Of a stretch of DNA of 64,000 nt, positions 11,249-20,852 are shown piece after piece. The DNA comes from Bdellovibrionaceae bacterium UBA2339. GTDB lineage: Bacteria > Bdellovibrionota > Bdellovibrionia > Bdellovibrionales > JAMPXM01. Under the pieces are notes generated by a model that saw only the letters and a list, made by a program, of their open reading frames with translations, was not told the DNA's origin and made no database searches. The stretch spans positions 120,063 to 184,062 of the forward strand of contig DDUL01000036.1 of NCBI GenBank assembly GCA_002344785.1, given 5' to 3'. Within the stretch, counting starts at the first letter, position 1, and each line of letters opens with the position of its first letter. Both the position numbers and the translations under genes were made by a program.

Positions 11249-13189
11249 ATGAAACCAGAACTTATTTTTTCAGTCCTGTTGCTCGCGCCTCTTGTCGGCT
11301 TCTTGTTCAACGGTTTGCGCTGGCAATCGAAAAACTACATGTTGGCTGGCGCGGTCGCGACAGGCGCTGCGGCGGTTTCTTTTGCGATGTCCGTGGTGGC
11401 GGTGTCGCGATTGTTTGGCGAGGGCGCTCCGACCTCCATCGAGGCCAACTTCTACAACTGGGCCGCGATGGATTTGCTCAGCATCGACGTCAGCTTCGTG
11501 ATCGATCGGATCAGCGCATTGATGGTGTTGGTGGTTACGGGAGTCGGCACGCTGATCCACTTGTTCTCTGTCGGCTATATGTCGCATGACGAACGCCCGT
11601 CGAAGTACTTCGCCTATTTGAATCTGTTTTTGTTCAACATGTTGCTGCTCATTCTGGGCGACAACCTCTTGATGATGTTCGTTGGCTGGGAAGGCGTGGG
11701 TCTTTGCTCCTACTTGCTGATCGGCTTTTGGTTCTCTGACAAAGAAAAGGCCGCGGCGGGCATGAAAGCCTTCGTCACCAATCGCATCGGCGACGCTGGA
11801 TTTTTGCTCGGGATCTTTGTGATCTTTGGATTGTTCGGCAGCTTGAACTTTGCCGAGATCATTTCAAAGCTTGGCGCATTTTCCGTTGAAACGGGATGGA
11901 CGGGCCCCATCACTTTGGCCTGTTTGTTCTTGTTTATCGGCGCGACGGGAAAATCGGCGCAGGTGCCGCTTTATGTTTGGCTTCCGGACGCGATGGCTGG
12001 CCCGACGCCGGTGTCGGCGCTGATCCACGCTGCGACCATGGTCACGGCGGGTGTCTACATGATTGTGCGCCTCAGTCCGTTGTTCATGTTGGCGCCCAAC
12101 GCCATGGCGGTCGTGGCGACGATCGGCGCGGTGACCGCGCTGATGGCCGCCGTGATTGGTCTTGCACAGCACGACATTAAAAAGGTCTTGGCCTACTCGA
12201 CGGTTTCGCAGCTGGGGTACATGTTCCTGGCGTGTGGTGTCGGCGCCTTCGGCGCGGCGATGTTTCACTTGGTCACGCACGCTTTCTTTAAAGCGCTGAT
12301 GTTCTTGGGTTCGGGCTCGGTGATTCATGGAATGCACGAAGAGCAAGACATTCGCAAAATGGGTGGCTTGAAGAAGTACATGCCGATCACGCACGCGACT
12401 TTCTTCATTGGCTGGATTGCGATCATCGGCATTCCTCCGTTTGCGGGCTTTTTCTCCAAAGATGAAATTCTGTGGTTTGCTTTTGCCAGTGAGCGCGGGT
12501 CGCACTGGTACTGGTTGGCGGGCTTAATCGGTGCGGCCACCACGGCTTTCTACATGACGCGATTGATGGCTCTCACTTTCTGGGGCAAGAGCCGCTTTGA
12601 CGCCCACAAAGTGCATCCGCATGAGGCGGGTCCGTCGATGTTGATTCCGTTGGTTGTGTTGGCGGTGCTGTCGGCCATCGGTGGCTTCATGGGGATTCCC
12701 CATGTCATCGGCGAAATTCTTCCCGGCCATCCCGGCAACTGGCTGGAGCATTGGTTGAAGGGGTCGATTGCAGCAGTGCCGATGACGGAAGCCATGAAAC
12801 ACGCGACGACGATGGAGTGGATCTTGATGGGAATTTCCGTCTCGATCGCCGGCTTGTCGGCTGTGACGGCCTTCTCCTTTTATGTGCTCGATCCGTCGCG
12901 ACCGGCGAAGTTTGTCAGCCTGTTCCCGCGTCTGCACCGCTTCGTCGAAAACAAATTGATGGTCGACGAGTTTTACGGCGCACAGATCATTCAGCCGCTT
13001 GTGAACGCGAGTCGCGCGCTGTGGGCCTTTGTCGATGTGAACATCATCGACAAAGCCACTTTCGTGGTGGGCGACATTGTTCGGGGCGTGGGCTCGACCG
13101 CGAGAACTCTGCAAACCGGTAACCTGCAACAGTACGCACTGTACATCGCTCTAGGAGCGGTCGCAGTGTTGTTCTACGTTTTGAAGTGA
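11249..13189 (+). CDS. nuoL: NADH-quinone oxidoreductase subunit L
   Basis: 646 aa, antiporter-like. WEGVGLCSYLLIGFW motif and a long C-terminal extension. Confidence 0.93.
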   Translation: MKPELIFSVLLLAPLVGFLFNGLRWQSKNYMLAGAVATGAAAVSFAMSVVAVSRLFGEGAPTSIEANFYNWAAMDLLSIDVSFVIDRISALMVLVVTGVGTLIHLFSVGYMSHDERPSKYFAYLNLFLFNMLLLILGDNLLMMFVGWEGVGLCSYLLIGFWFSDKEKAAAGMKAFVTNRIGDAGFLLGIFVIFGLFGSLNFAEIISKLGAFSVETGWTGPITLACLFLFIGATGKSAQVPLYVWLPDAMAGPTPVSALIHAATMVTAGVYMIVRLSPLFMLAPNAMAVVATIGAVTALMAAVIGLAQHDIKKVLAYSTVSQLGYMFLACGVGAFGAAMFHLVTHAFFKALMFLGSGSVIHGMHEEQDIRKMGGLKKYMPITHATFFIGWIAIIGIPPFAGFFSKDEILWFAFASERGSHWYWLAGLIGAATTAFYMTRLMALTFWGKSRFDAHKVHPHEAGPSMLIPLVVLAVLSAIGGFMGIPHVIGEILPGHPGNWLEHWLKGSIAAVPMTEAMKHATTMEWILMGISVSIAGLSAVTAFSFYVLDPSRPAKFVSLFPRLHRFVENKLMVDEFYGAQIIQPLVNASRALWAFVDVNIIDKATFVVGDIVRGVGSTARTLQTGNLQQYALYIALGAVAVLFYVLK

Positions 13190-13199
13190 GGAGGCGCCC

Positions 13200-14822
13200 A
13201 TGGCGCAGATGCCGCTTCTGTCTTTGATTGTGTTTATGCCGCTGATTTTTGCGGCGCTGATGGCGCTGATGCCCGGTGATCGCGGTGTGCGCCCGATGGC
13301 GTTGGTGGCGTCGCTGCTGCAATTCGGTGTGAGCCTGTTGCTATTTAAGTACTACGATGCGGCCACGCCGGCTTTGCAGCTGGTGGAGCAGCACAGTTGG
13401 ATTCCCGAATTCGGTATCTCCTACTTCATTGGCGTCGATGGAATTTCATTCTGGTTGATTCTGCTGACGACGTTCTTACTCCCTGTTGTGGTCTTGGGAT
13501 CTTGGAACGCGATCGACAAGAAGGTTAAGGCCTTCCATGTTGCCTTGTTCGCGCTACAGACGGCGATGCTGGGCTCGTTTGTCGCAATGGATTTGGTGCT
13601 GTTCTATGTGTTCTTCGAGTTGTCGCTGGTGCCGATGTATTTCATCGTCGGAATCTGGGGTGGCGCGCGACGCGTGTACGCGACGATGAAGTTCTTCATC
13701 TACACCATGGCGGGATCTGTGTTGATGCTGTTGGCGATCATCTACTTGATGTTCGCGGCTCGTGACACTGAGGGCCTGGGCTACTTCACCGCCAACGTCC
13801 TTGAGCTTTACAAGCTGAAGCTGCCCTTTACGGCTGACGGACTGATGTCGCCGCAGGCGCTGCTGTTCTTCGCATTCTCGGCGGCATTCGCGATCAAAGT
13901 TCCGATGTTCCCGGTTCACACTTGGCTGCCCGACGCGCACGTCGAAGCGCCGACGCCCGGATCCGTGGTCCTGGCGGGTGTGATGCTGAAGATGGGCACT
14001 TACGGGTTCGTACGCTTTGTGATTCCGATGTTCCCCGAGGCCGCTGAACACTTTGGTTGGATCTTCTTGTTCCTTGGCGCTGTTGGAATCGTGTACGGCG
14101 CACTGGTCGCCATGGTTCAGCCCGACATCAAAAAGCTGGTGGCCTACTCCTCGGTCTCTCACATGGGTTATGTGATGCTCGGGATCTTCGCGATGAACAC
14201 CTACGGCATGACGGGCGCGCTCTACCAGATGCTCAATCACGGCATCAGCACCGGCGCGCTTTTCTTGTTGGTCGGCATGATCTACGAGCGCACACATTCG
14301 CGCGAAATCGAAAAGTACGGCGGCCTTGCGAAGGTTCTGCCGATTTACACCATCATCTTCTTCATTGTGACGCTTTCGAGTATTGCCGTGCCGATGACCA
14401 ACGGCTTCGTTGGGGAGTTCCTCATTTTGCTGGGCAGCTTCCAGGCCTCTCAGTTGATGGGTGCGATCGCGGTAACGGGTGTGATCTTTGGCGCGGTTTA
14501 CATGTTGTGGATGTTCAAGCGCGTGTTCTTTGGCGAAAAGGGCGAGCTCGTCAGCGACGAGAAGCATCCCCTTCATGATCTCAGTGCTCGTGAAATTCTG
14601 GTGATGGCGCCTCTGATTGTGTTGGTGTTCTGGATGGGATTGGTTCCGAATCACTTCTTGAGTTATTCGAAGTCGTCCATCGATCACCTGATGCAGAACA
14701 AGGACGCCTATCAGCTGGGAGTTTTGACGATGGAAGATGCCACGAAGCGTGTGGCCGCCACGATCGAAATGGAAACCGTGACAGCCAAAGCGACAACGAC
14801 TGAGGCGGGGGTGGCTCGATGA
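13200..14822 (+). CDS. nuoM: NADH-quinone oxidoreductase subunit M
   Basis: 540 aa, antiporter-like. VHTWLPDAHVEAPTPGS motif. Confidence 0.93.
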   Translation: MAQMPLLSLIVFMPLIFAALMALMPGDRGVRPMALVASLLQFGVSLLLFKYYDAATPALQLVEQHSWIPEFGISYFIGVDGISFWLILLTTFLLPVVVLGSWNAIDKKVKAFHVALFALQTAMLGSFVAMDLVLFYVFFELSLVPMYFIVGIWGGARRVYATMKFFIYTMAGSVLMLLAIIYLMFAARDTEGLGYFTANVLELYKLKLPFTADGLMSPQALLFFAFSAAFAIKVPMFPVHTWLPDAHVEAPTPGSVVLAGVMLKMGTYGFVRFVIPMFPEAAEHFGWIFLFLGAVGIVYGALVAMVQPDIKKLVAYSSVSHMGYVMLGIFAMNTYGMTGALYQMLNHGISTGALFLLVGMIYERTHSREIEKYGGLAKVLPIYTIIFFIVTLSSIAVPMTNGFVGEFLILLGSFQASQLMGAIAVTGVIFGAVYMLWMFKRVFFGEKGELVSDEKHPLHDLSAREILVMAPLIVLVFWMGLVPNHFLSYSKSSIDHLMQNKDAYQLGVLTMEDATKRVAATIEMETVTAKATTTEAGVAR

Positions 14823-16315
14823 ATCACGCACTTGGAATCAGCAGCTACTTGATTGTCGCGCCGATGCTGGCGCTGTTGGCGGCGAGTCTGGTCCCGGTGA
14901 TGCTCAAGGTTTTCTCGGGAAACCGTGAACCGCATCCGTTTGTAACCACGACTTACGGATTCATCGCGGTGGCCACGGCCTTGGGTCTTGCGATCACTTT
15001 TCTCGGCGGCAGCAAGTTTGGATTTCACAACGCGTTGGTGTCGGATGGTTTGTCGCTTTGGGCTTCGGTGATCGTCTTGGTTTCTGGCGGCTTTTCGATC
15101 TTCATGATGCACGATCATGTCGAAACGCAGACGAAGCTTTTCTCAGAAAAAGTCTTCCTCTTGCTCGGCAGCCTCATTGGCATGCTGATCGTGGTTCTAT
15201 CCAACGACCTGATTGTGACTTTCCTTGGCATTGAGACCATGTCGTTGTGTCTCTATGTTTTGATTGCCATGAGTCGCGAGACAATTCTCTCGAAAGAAGC
15301 GGCCTTCAAGTATTTCATTCTGGGAAGCTTTGCCTCGGCCATCTTCCTCTACGGGATCGCGCTCATCTACGGCACAGCCGGAACCACTCAGTTCCCAGGT
15401 CTGATGGAGCAGGTAGGCCCGCTGCTGGAAAGCCGCAATCACTTGTTTTTGATCGGCATCGTCTTTGTGGTGCTGGGCTTTGCATTCAAAGTTTCGGTGT
15501 TTCCATTTCATTTCTGGACACCCGATGTTTATCAGGGCGCACCGACGCCGGTGACGGCGTTCATGGCGACGGCGGTGAAGGCAGCGACCTTTGTGGCCAT
15601 TCTCCGATTGTTTCAATCGACGGGATATCAGCATTCGTTGCCGCTCAAGGAAGTCATCTCGTGGCTTGCGGCCTTGACGATGCTCGTGGGCAATGCCGCC
15701 GCGATCATGCAGGCGAACTTTAAACGAATGCTGGCCTACTCGTCAGTGGCGCACTCGGGCTATCTGATGGTCGGTGTTGTGGCGGCCGGATTTGGCGACT
15801 CGCAAGGCGTGGCAAGCGCGGCTGGAATTGTCGTGCTCTTTTATCTGTTGGCCTATTCCATCATGACTTTGGGAAGTTTCGCCTTTGTCGCGTTGCTGGA
15901 AAAGAGCGTCGGCCAGGCTTTGCAGGTTGATGATGTGCGGGGGTTGGCTCGATCGCATCCTGTTTTGGCCGGATGTATGGCCATCGTCTTGTTTTCGCTG
16001 GCCGGTGTGCCGCCGTTGCTTGGATTCTTCGGTAAGTTCGGCTTGTTCAGCTTGGCCATCGAACAGAACTTCTACTGGCTCGCGATTTGGGGCGTTTTGA
16101 ATTCTGTAATCTCGGTCTACTACTATCTGCGACCCATTGTACTCATGTACATGCAGGGCGAAGACTCGTCGGCAAATGCGCCTCTCATTGAGATGAATAA
16201 GCACATCATGACGCGGTTTACGCTTTTTGGATCCGCAGTCCTGATCATTATCATGGGAATGTTTTCTTCCCCGATCCTCGCGGCACTGAAGGCCGCCATT
16301 CTGGGTCGCTCCTAA
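14819..16315 (+). CDS. nuoN: NADH-quinone oxidoreductase subunit N
   Basis: 498 aa. FPFHFWTPDVYQGAPTPVTAF motif. ATGA overlap with nuoM. Confidence 0.92.
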   Translation: MNHALGISSYLIVAPMLALLAASLVPVMLKVFSGNREPHPFVTTTYGFIAVATALGLAITFLGGSKFGFHNALVSDGLSLWASVIVLVSGGFSIFMMHDHVETQTKLFSEKVFLLLGSLIGMLIVVLSNDLIVTFLGIETMSLCLYVLIAMSRETILSKEAAFKYFILGSFASAIFLYGIALIYGTAGTTQFPGLMEQVGPLLESRNHLFLIGIVFVVLGFAFKVSVFPFHFWTPDVYQGAPTPVTAFMATAVKAATFVAILRLFQSTGYQHSLPLKEVISWLAALTMLVGNAAAIMQANFKRMLAYSSVAHSGYLMVGVVAAGFGDSQGVASAAGIVVLFYLLAYSIMTLGSFAFVALLEKSVGQALQVDDVRGLARSHPVLAGCMAIVLFSLAGVPPLLGFFGKFGLFSLAIEQNFYWLAIWGVLNSVISVYYYLRPIVLMYMQGEDSSANAPLIEMNKHIMTRFTLFGSAVLIIIMGMFSSPILAALKAAILGRS

Positions 16316-16544
16316 GCGTTCTTATAGAGTATTCAGAAAGTCGAGCTGGGCTGGCGCTGTGAAGTCATGGGTGGACTTCGCGGCGCAAGTTCGGAGTCCA
16401 GCGTCGAGACGCGCCCTCTGAATGGGCTCAGCGAACTCGACCTGCTGTCTCAACTTGCTTCGAAGTCTCATTCTCGATGGACATTCGGCCCGAGCTTCAG
16501 AAAACTAGAGAGCTGAAGTCACTAACCTGTGTTGAGGGGGACCC

Positions 16545-17585
16545 ATGCGTCGTACTCAAGGACTCCAGCTGTTGCATCGACGATTGAGCTTTGGCCTGAT
16601 TGTGATTTGCGCGTCTTCGATGCTTGGCATTGCTTGCACCAAGAAGAATGCACCACAAACCTCCGTCGTCGCGCCGACTGGTGCCGCACCCAATGCGCCC
16701 GCACAAGCTGCTGCGCAAGCTGAAGGACCGCGTGCGCCGATGTCGCCTCGAACAGCTCCACCGAATATTTTCATTCCGCCCGGTGGATTCTTGATGGGCG
16801 TGGCCCCAGGCAACACCTATATCGTTGCGGGCTCGCCTGTCGGTAAGACATTTCAAGATGCGATGGAAGACGAGATCAAGCCGGGGATGACTTTGGCTCA
16901 GCTTGCGGAGCGCGCCAACGCCGTCGTCGCCGAAGTTGGTTTGGATTTTGGCGTCGGCATTTATTCGACGATGGATTCGACCTACGCGAACATGCAGGAA
17001 ACGAATCCGGCGAAGAAGAATTCCAATATAGTTGTGGGTCCTGTGCAGATTAATCCATGCAATCGGAAAGTTGTGCCGATGCGTGTGGTGAACATCAAAG
17101 AAACGACGGCAACGGTTGTCACTTCGATGGGTAAGTTTGAAGTGAAGTTCAACGACGATGTTCGTCCGCGCATGATGTATTTGTATCAGGGCGACAAGCA
17201 GGTCGCACAGATGCCCATCAGCGACTTGGATCACCCGATCAACTTCATGAACGGCACGATTCCTTACTCGCCGATGCCGCTATCGGCGAAATACAAGGAG
17301 TGGTGGGATAAGAATATGCTCGCGAAGATTCGTGAGATGAACTCAGGATTGGCTGAGACGCCTCATCTGATGATGACCATCAACAGCGCGGGTCAGATTC
17401 GATTTGCATCGGACATCAATGCCTATCGACCTGGAAGTTTTGCATCCAACCCCAATCCGGCGAAGACTCAGGGTAAGCCGGGCTCCATCATGCACACGGT
17501 GCTTTCCGGAAACCTTACGGTGGACATCACCGACTACTGCGTGCAGCCGCCGCCGCAGGCTCCGCCGCCTCCACGAGGCAGCTGA
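16545..17585 (+). CDS. lipoprotein of unknown function
   Basis: Signal peptide plus lipobox (SSMLGIAC). 346 aa with a Pro-rich C-terminus (PPPQAPPPP). No recognisable catalytic motif. Confidence 0.65.
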   Translation: MRRTQGLQLLHRRLSFGLIVICASSMLGIACTKKNAPQTSVVAPTGAAPNAPAQAAAQAEGPRAPMSPRTAPPNIFIPPGGFLMGVAPGNTYIVAGSPVGKTFQDAMEDEIKPGMTLAQLAERANAVVAEVGLDFGVGIYSTMDSTYANMQETNPAKKNSNIVVGPVQINPCNRKVVPMRVVNIKETTATVVTSMGKFEVKFNDDVRPRMMYLYQGDKQVAQMPISDLDHPINFMNGTIPYSPMPLSAKYKEWWDKNMLAKIREMNSGLAETPHLMMTINSAGQIRFASDINAYRPGSFASNPNPAKTQGKPGSIMHTVLSGNLTVDITDYCVQPPPQAPPPPRGS

Positions 17586-17614
17586 GCTATTGGCACATAG
17601 GATGAGTTGATGTG

Positions 17615-17645
17615 AGGGGCCTCCCGAGAAGTCTTTGGGGCCCCT
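17615..17645. terminator. hairpin between convergent genes (possible bidirectional terminator)
   Basis: AGGGGCC (17615-17621) pairs with GGCCCCT (17639-17645). It lies between the lipoprotein stop and the radical-SAM stop. Confidence 0.45.
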
Positions 17646-18877
17646 TAATTATTTTGTGAGGCTTGGAAGCTCGGGTAAGCGCCGGCTTTCACAAGGGCGC
17701 TGAACATCTCTGGGAAAGTCGTGCAAAAACTCTCGCTTCGCCGTTGGTCCACGTCATCGAGCTTATAGACAATTTTTTCGAGGCCACTGGCCGGAGATTC
17801 GAAGCCGGGATCTGGCGGCAAATTTAGAAAGCCCTCGATGGCATTTTGACTAGCGTCGAATCCCACGTTGTAGCGGCTGAGATCTAAGGACTGAAGCGAA
17901 CGCTGCACGGTGGCCTTGATGGCCGGCGGCAAGTTGCGAATCGAAAACTCTCGAGGTTGGTGAATCAAGTTGTAGAGCTCGACTCTTGCCTCTGGGAAAT
18001 TCAACGTCCACTCGAGAAGATCGCGAATTGTCAGCACATTGAAGAGGCTGATCGATGCGAAGACTCCAACTTTGAAGTGGGGGTTCTCCCTGGCCACGTG
18101 GATGAACTTTTCGAAATTGCGCGCCACTTGCTCCCACTTGGCGCCCTTTCTTTGATACTCAAAGCGCGGACCGACGTCGTCGATCGACAGGAAAAGATCC
18201 ACTCGCTCAAACTTTCTAAGTGCGTCGACCCACTTCTCGTCAAAGACGCTGCCGTTTGAATTCAGCGTCACCGCGACGTGGTCGGCGTGGCCTTGATCAA
18301 TTAATTCATTGAGTAGGCTAAAGGCTTCTTTGTTGAGAAAGGGCTCGCCGCCATAAATCAGAACGCGGCGAAGGCTTGGCATCCATTGCCGAATTGCACG
18401 CATATTCTCTTCGCGAAGCTTGGGCGCTGCGCGCGCTTTGAGATCCAGAGTGACCTCGGCCGAGGGTGTGTGGAAATGATTCTCTTCAGCGGCCCATGAA
18501 GTGGACCACTCGGGATTGCAGATGCGGCACTTCAGGTTGCAGAGATTAGAAAGTTTGAGCACGAGATATTCAACAGTCGGTGAGTCGCGCCGATCTTTGA
18601 GCAGGGCATTGGACTGTTGTCGAAGGCTGTAGGTACCCGCGTCCTCTTCTGTCCAGCAGAGTTGGCACTCCTTGGGTCGCTCGCCTTTGATGAAGCGCTG
18701 ACGAAGACTTTGAAGATCTTCAGAGTTCCAAACTTCGTCGATCGAGTTTTCGAGCAAATTAAAAGGGCGTCCATCGGGCCGCTGAATCGGGCGTCCGATC
18801 TTGCAACACACAAGGCAAGTGCCATTGGGTGTGATTTCGAGACTGTTGAAAGGCATGACGCAGTAACTGGAGGACAT
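17645..18877 (-). CDS. radical SAM enzyme with N-terminal Cys-rich (twitch/SPASM-like) module, paralogue 3
   Basis: CX3CX2C motif in LSNLCNLKCRIC, preceded by YCVMPF...GTCLVCC...ECQLCW. Same architecture as the ORFs at 19545 and 20849. Confidence 0.85.
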   Translation of the reverse strand: MSSSYCVMPFNSLEITPNGTCLVCCKIGRPIQRPDGRPFNLLENSIDEVWNSEDLQSLRQRFIKGERPKECQLCWTEEDAGTYSLRQQSNALLKDRRDSPTVEYLVLKLSNLCNLKCRICNPEWSTSWAAEENHFHTPSAEVTLDLKARAAPKLREENMRAIRQWMPSLRRVLIYGGEPFLNKEAFSLLNELIDQGHADHVAVTLNSNGSVFDEKWVDALRKFERVDLFLSIDDVGPRFEYQRKGAKWEQVARNFEKFIHVARENPHFKVGVFASISLFNVLTIRDLLEWTLNFPEARVELYNLIHQPREFSIRNLPPAIKATVQRSLQSLDLSRYNVGFDASQNAIEGFLNLPPDPGFESPASGLEKIVYKLDDVDQRRSESFCTTFPEMFSALVKAGAYPSFQASQNN

Positions 18878-18951
18878 TCGCTCAATAGGCTATCACCGAT
18901 GTCGCAAGCCAGACAGCTGTTTTGAAAAGACTGGCGATCACGAATCCGCGA

Positions 18952-19479
18952 CTAGAGCGTGAGTCGAAGATGGCGGCGCATGGCAGAAGGTTTGACCATG
19001 CCTTGTGATCGGACGATTTCGCGGGAACCGCGGAAGCTGATCATCGTTGAGGCGCTCGGGGTTCCAAACTTTTGCACGACGTCGCGCTGTGAGGCGAGAT
19101 CCACTTGGTAAACTTCAATTCCGCGAAACTCAGCCTCAGCGAGGACGCGTGTCAAAGTCGGAACTTGAATACGACAGGTGGGCGAGTCCACTGAAGTGAA
19201 TACCAGTAAGACCATTCGCTGCGCCTTTTGCGCCGCCTCAAAGCTCGCGCTATCAAAGCGTCGAAGCGTGAGCGGGTTGGCTGAGGGCGGAGCGGACTGA
19301 TCCGGATCAATAGCCGCGCCACCTGGAACCTGCGCGGCAGGAAGCGTCGGGGCTCCGGGCTGGGGAGCTTGGGCCTGCGCTGACAAATCAAAGATGGAAA
19401 GAATCGCACAGAAAGCGGCGACGAGGATGCATCGAGCTGACCCGAGCGAATGTCTGTGAGCGCGAACGAATCCGAACAT
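18952..19479 (-). CDS. secreted thioredoxin-fold protein with SxxC (single-Cys) active-site position
   Basis: Signal peptide MFGFVRAHRHSLGSARCILVAAFCAILSIFDLSAQA. Trx-like core LLVFTSVDSPTCRIQVPTL...IEVYQVDL...VVQKFG...STMISFRG. An alternative GTG start at 19542 lies 2 nt after the upstream stop. Confidence 0.65.
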   Translation of the reverse strand: MFGFVRAHRHSLGSARCILVAAFCAILSIFDLSAQAQAPQPGAPTLPAAQVPGGAAIDPDQSAPPSANPLTLRRFDSASFEAAQKAQRMVLLVFTSVDSPTCRIQVPTLTRVLAEAEFRGIEVYQVDLASQRDVVQKFGTPSASTMISFRGSREIVRSQGMVKPSAMRRHLRLTL

Positions 19480-19544
19480 GATAACTCTTCGGTCGAATTG
19501 GCGAATTTTATGAGTCGGATGGCAGCGCATTCGACACCTCACTC

Positions 19545-20852
19545 TCAGGCTAAAGTCGGGTCAGGAGATGTCGTCAGTTCCCAATTTCGAGCTTCGGGGA
19601 AAACGCGGAAAAAATCGTCCATTTCAAAGTTCATTTGTCGCTTGAGGCTTGCAAGTAAGGCCGCGCGCTCCGCACGAGCGGGTGCGGTGGGCGCTTGCAG
19701 CATGAAGGCCCGCATTTCGTCGAGTCGAGTCCGCATATTCTGTGCTTCGTGCGAGGTGCCAAGGCGCGACTTTAGTCCGTCCCAATCGCGAGCCACGCGA
19801 GCCTTGTCTGCATCGGGAAGGTTCTGGATCGAGAAGTAGGTGTGGGTGCGCAATAAGTTGAAGGCGAAGTGATCGGGCTTTGCAGCCTCTTGCCGAAGCA
19901 GCTCATCGTGAAGGTCCACAAGGTGGAGCGCATTGAGGATTTGCACCGTCGGCGCGACGAAGAAATTGAACTGAGGATGAGACTTAGAGAACTGAACAGC
20001 CTGCTGCATGTTCTCGAGCACCTGAGGCCACTTCGTACCACGGCGAATCCAAGCGGCGCGCTCGCCGCTCGCATCGACGCTGGCATGCAAATTCACTGAG
20101 CGAAACTTTTCCCAAAGCTCAAAGGCCGGCGTGCGATTCCAGCTCAGCATGGACAGATTGGAGTTATAGCGCAACCGAATGTGAGTGTGTCCGCGGTCAA
20201 TCAATCGCCGCAACAGATCCCATTGAGCTTCGATGATCAGCGGTTCGCCGCCACAGAGATAGATTTCATCGAGATGCGGCGCTTGCTCGTCGACGAACTG
20301 CCAAAACTGCGGCCAATTGGCGATTGCGGATTGGACGATGGGTCCCTGCCATCGACCGGCCTTCGCTTCATTCTGTGCATAACTTGACGAGTTGTGTTCG
20401 TCGCACATCACGCATGCGAAATTGCAGAGGTTCGAGAATCGCAGATCAAGATAGAGCATCTTTCGCTGCGCTCGTTTTCCATCGCGAGTGGTGCCGACGA
20501 CCAGCTCTTGCTGGTCCGCATAGCGACGATTCATGTCCATGCGATAGCTGATGGCCCCGTATTGAGTCTCGGCGCTTTGGCAGCGAAAGCATGAGGCCGG
20601 CAGTCGTCCCGAAATCATTTCCGCGCGCAAGGCATTGGCTTGAGGCGTGTCGAGTAGATCCTGAAGTCCATGGTCCCGCGTGTGCCCGTAGACATACTCA
20701 AAGTTCGTGCAGCACGGTGAGGCGGCACCGGAGCTCGGTAAATAAATGTGAAGCCATGGCAAAATGCAAAAGCTTGAGCTCTGCCAAAGTGCTTTCACCT
20801 CGGCAGGTGTGAGTTGACTCGTCTGATCCTCATCGCGCGAAGCAAGGCTCAT
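19545..20852 (-). CDS. radical SAM enzyme with N-terminal Cys-rich (twitch/SPASM-like) module, paralogue 2
   Basis: FSNLCNFACVMC (CX3CX2C), preceded by FCILPWLH...SPCC...ASCFRC. ATGA overlap with the upstream paralogue. Confidence 0.85.
   Translation of the reverse strand: MSLASRDEDQTSQLTPAEVKALWQSSSFCILPWLHIYLPSSGAASPCCTNFEYVYGHTRDHGLQDLLDTPQANALRAEMISGRLPASCFRCQSAETQYGAISYRMDMNRRYADQQELVVGTTRDGKRAQRKMLYLDLRFSNLCNFACVMCDEHNSSSYAQNEAKAGRWQGPIVQSAIANWPQFWQFVDEQAPHLDEIYLCGGEPLIIEAQWDLLRRLIDRGHTHIRLRYNSNLSMLSWNRTPAFELWEKFRSVNLHASVDASGERAAWIRRGTKWPQVLENMQQAVQFSKSHPQFNFFVAPTVQILNALHLVDLHDELLRQEAAKPDHFAFNLLRTHTYFSIQNLPDADKARVARDWDGLKSRLGTSHEAQNMRTRLDEMRAFMLQAPTAPARAERAALLASLKRQMNFEMDDFFRVFPEARNWELTTSPDPTLA

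Noticed and set aside
13554-14831. Long antisense ORFs opposite strongly supported genes, for example 13554-14831, 780-2093, 56875-58035, 58085-58867, 35899-36891 and 29628-30677.
   Set aside because: They are Arg/His/Gln-rich and low in complexity, as is typical of the complementary frame of high-GC genes. Each is fully nested in a gene with clear family motifs.
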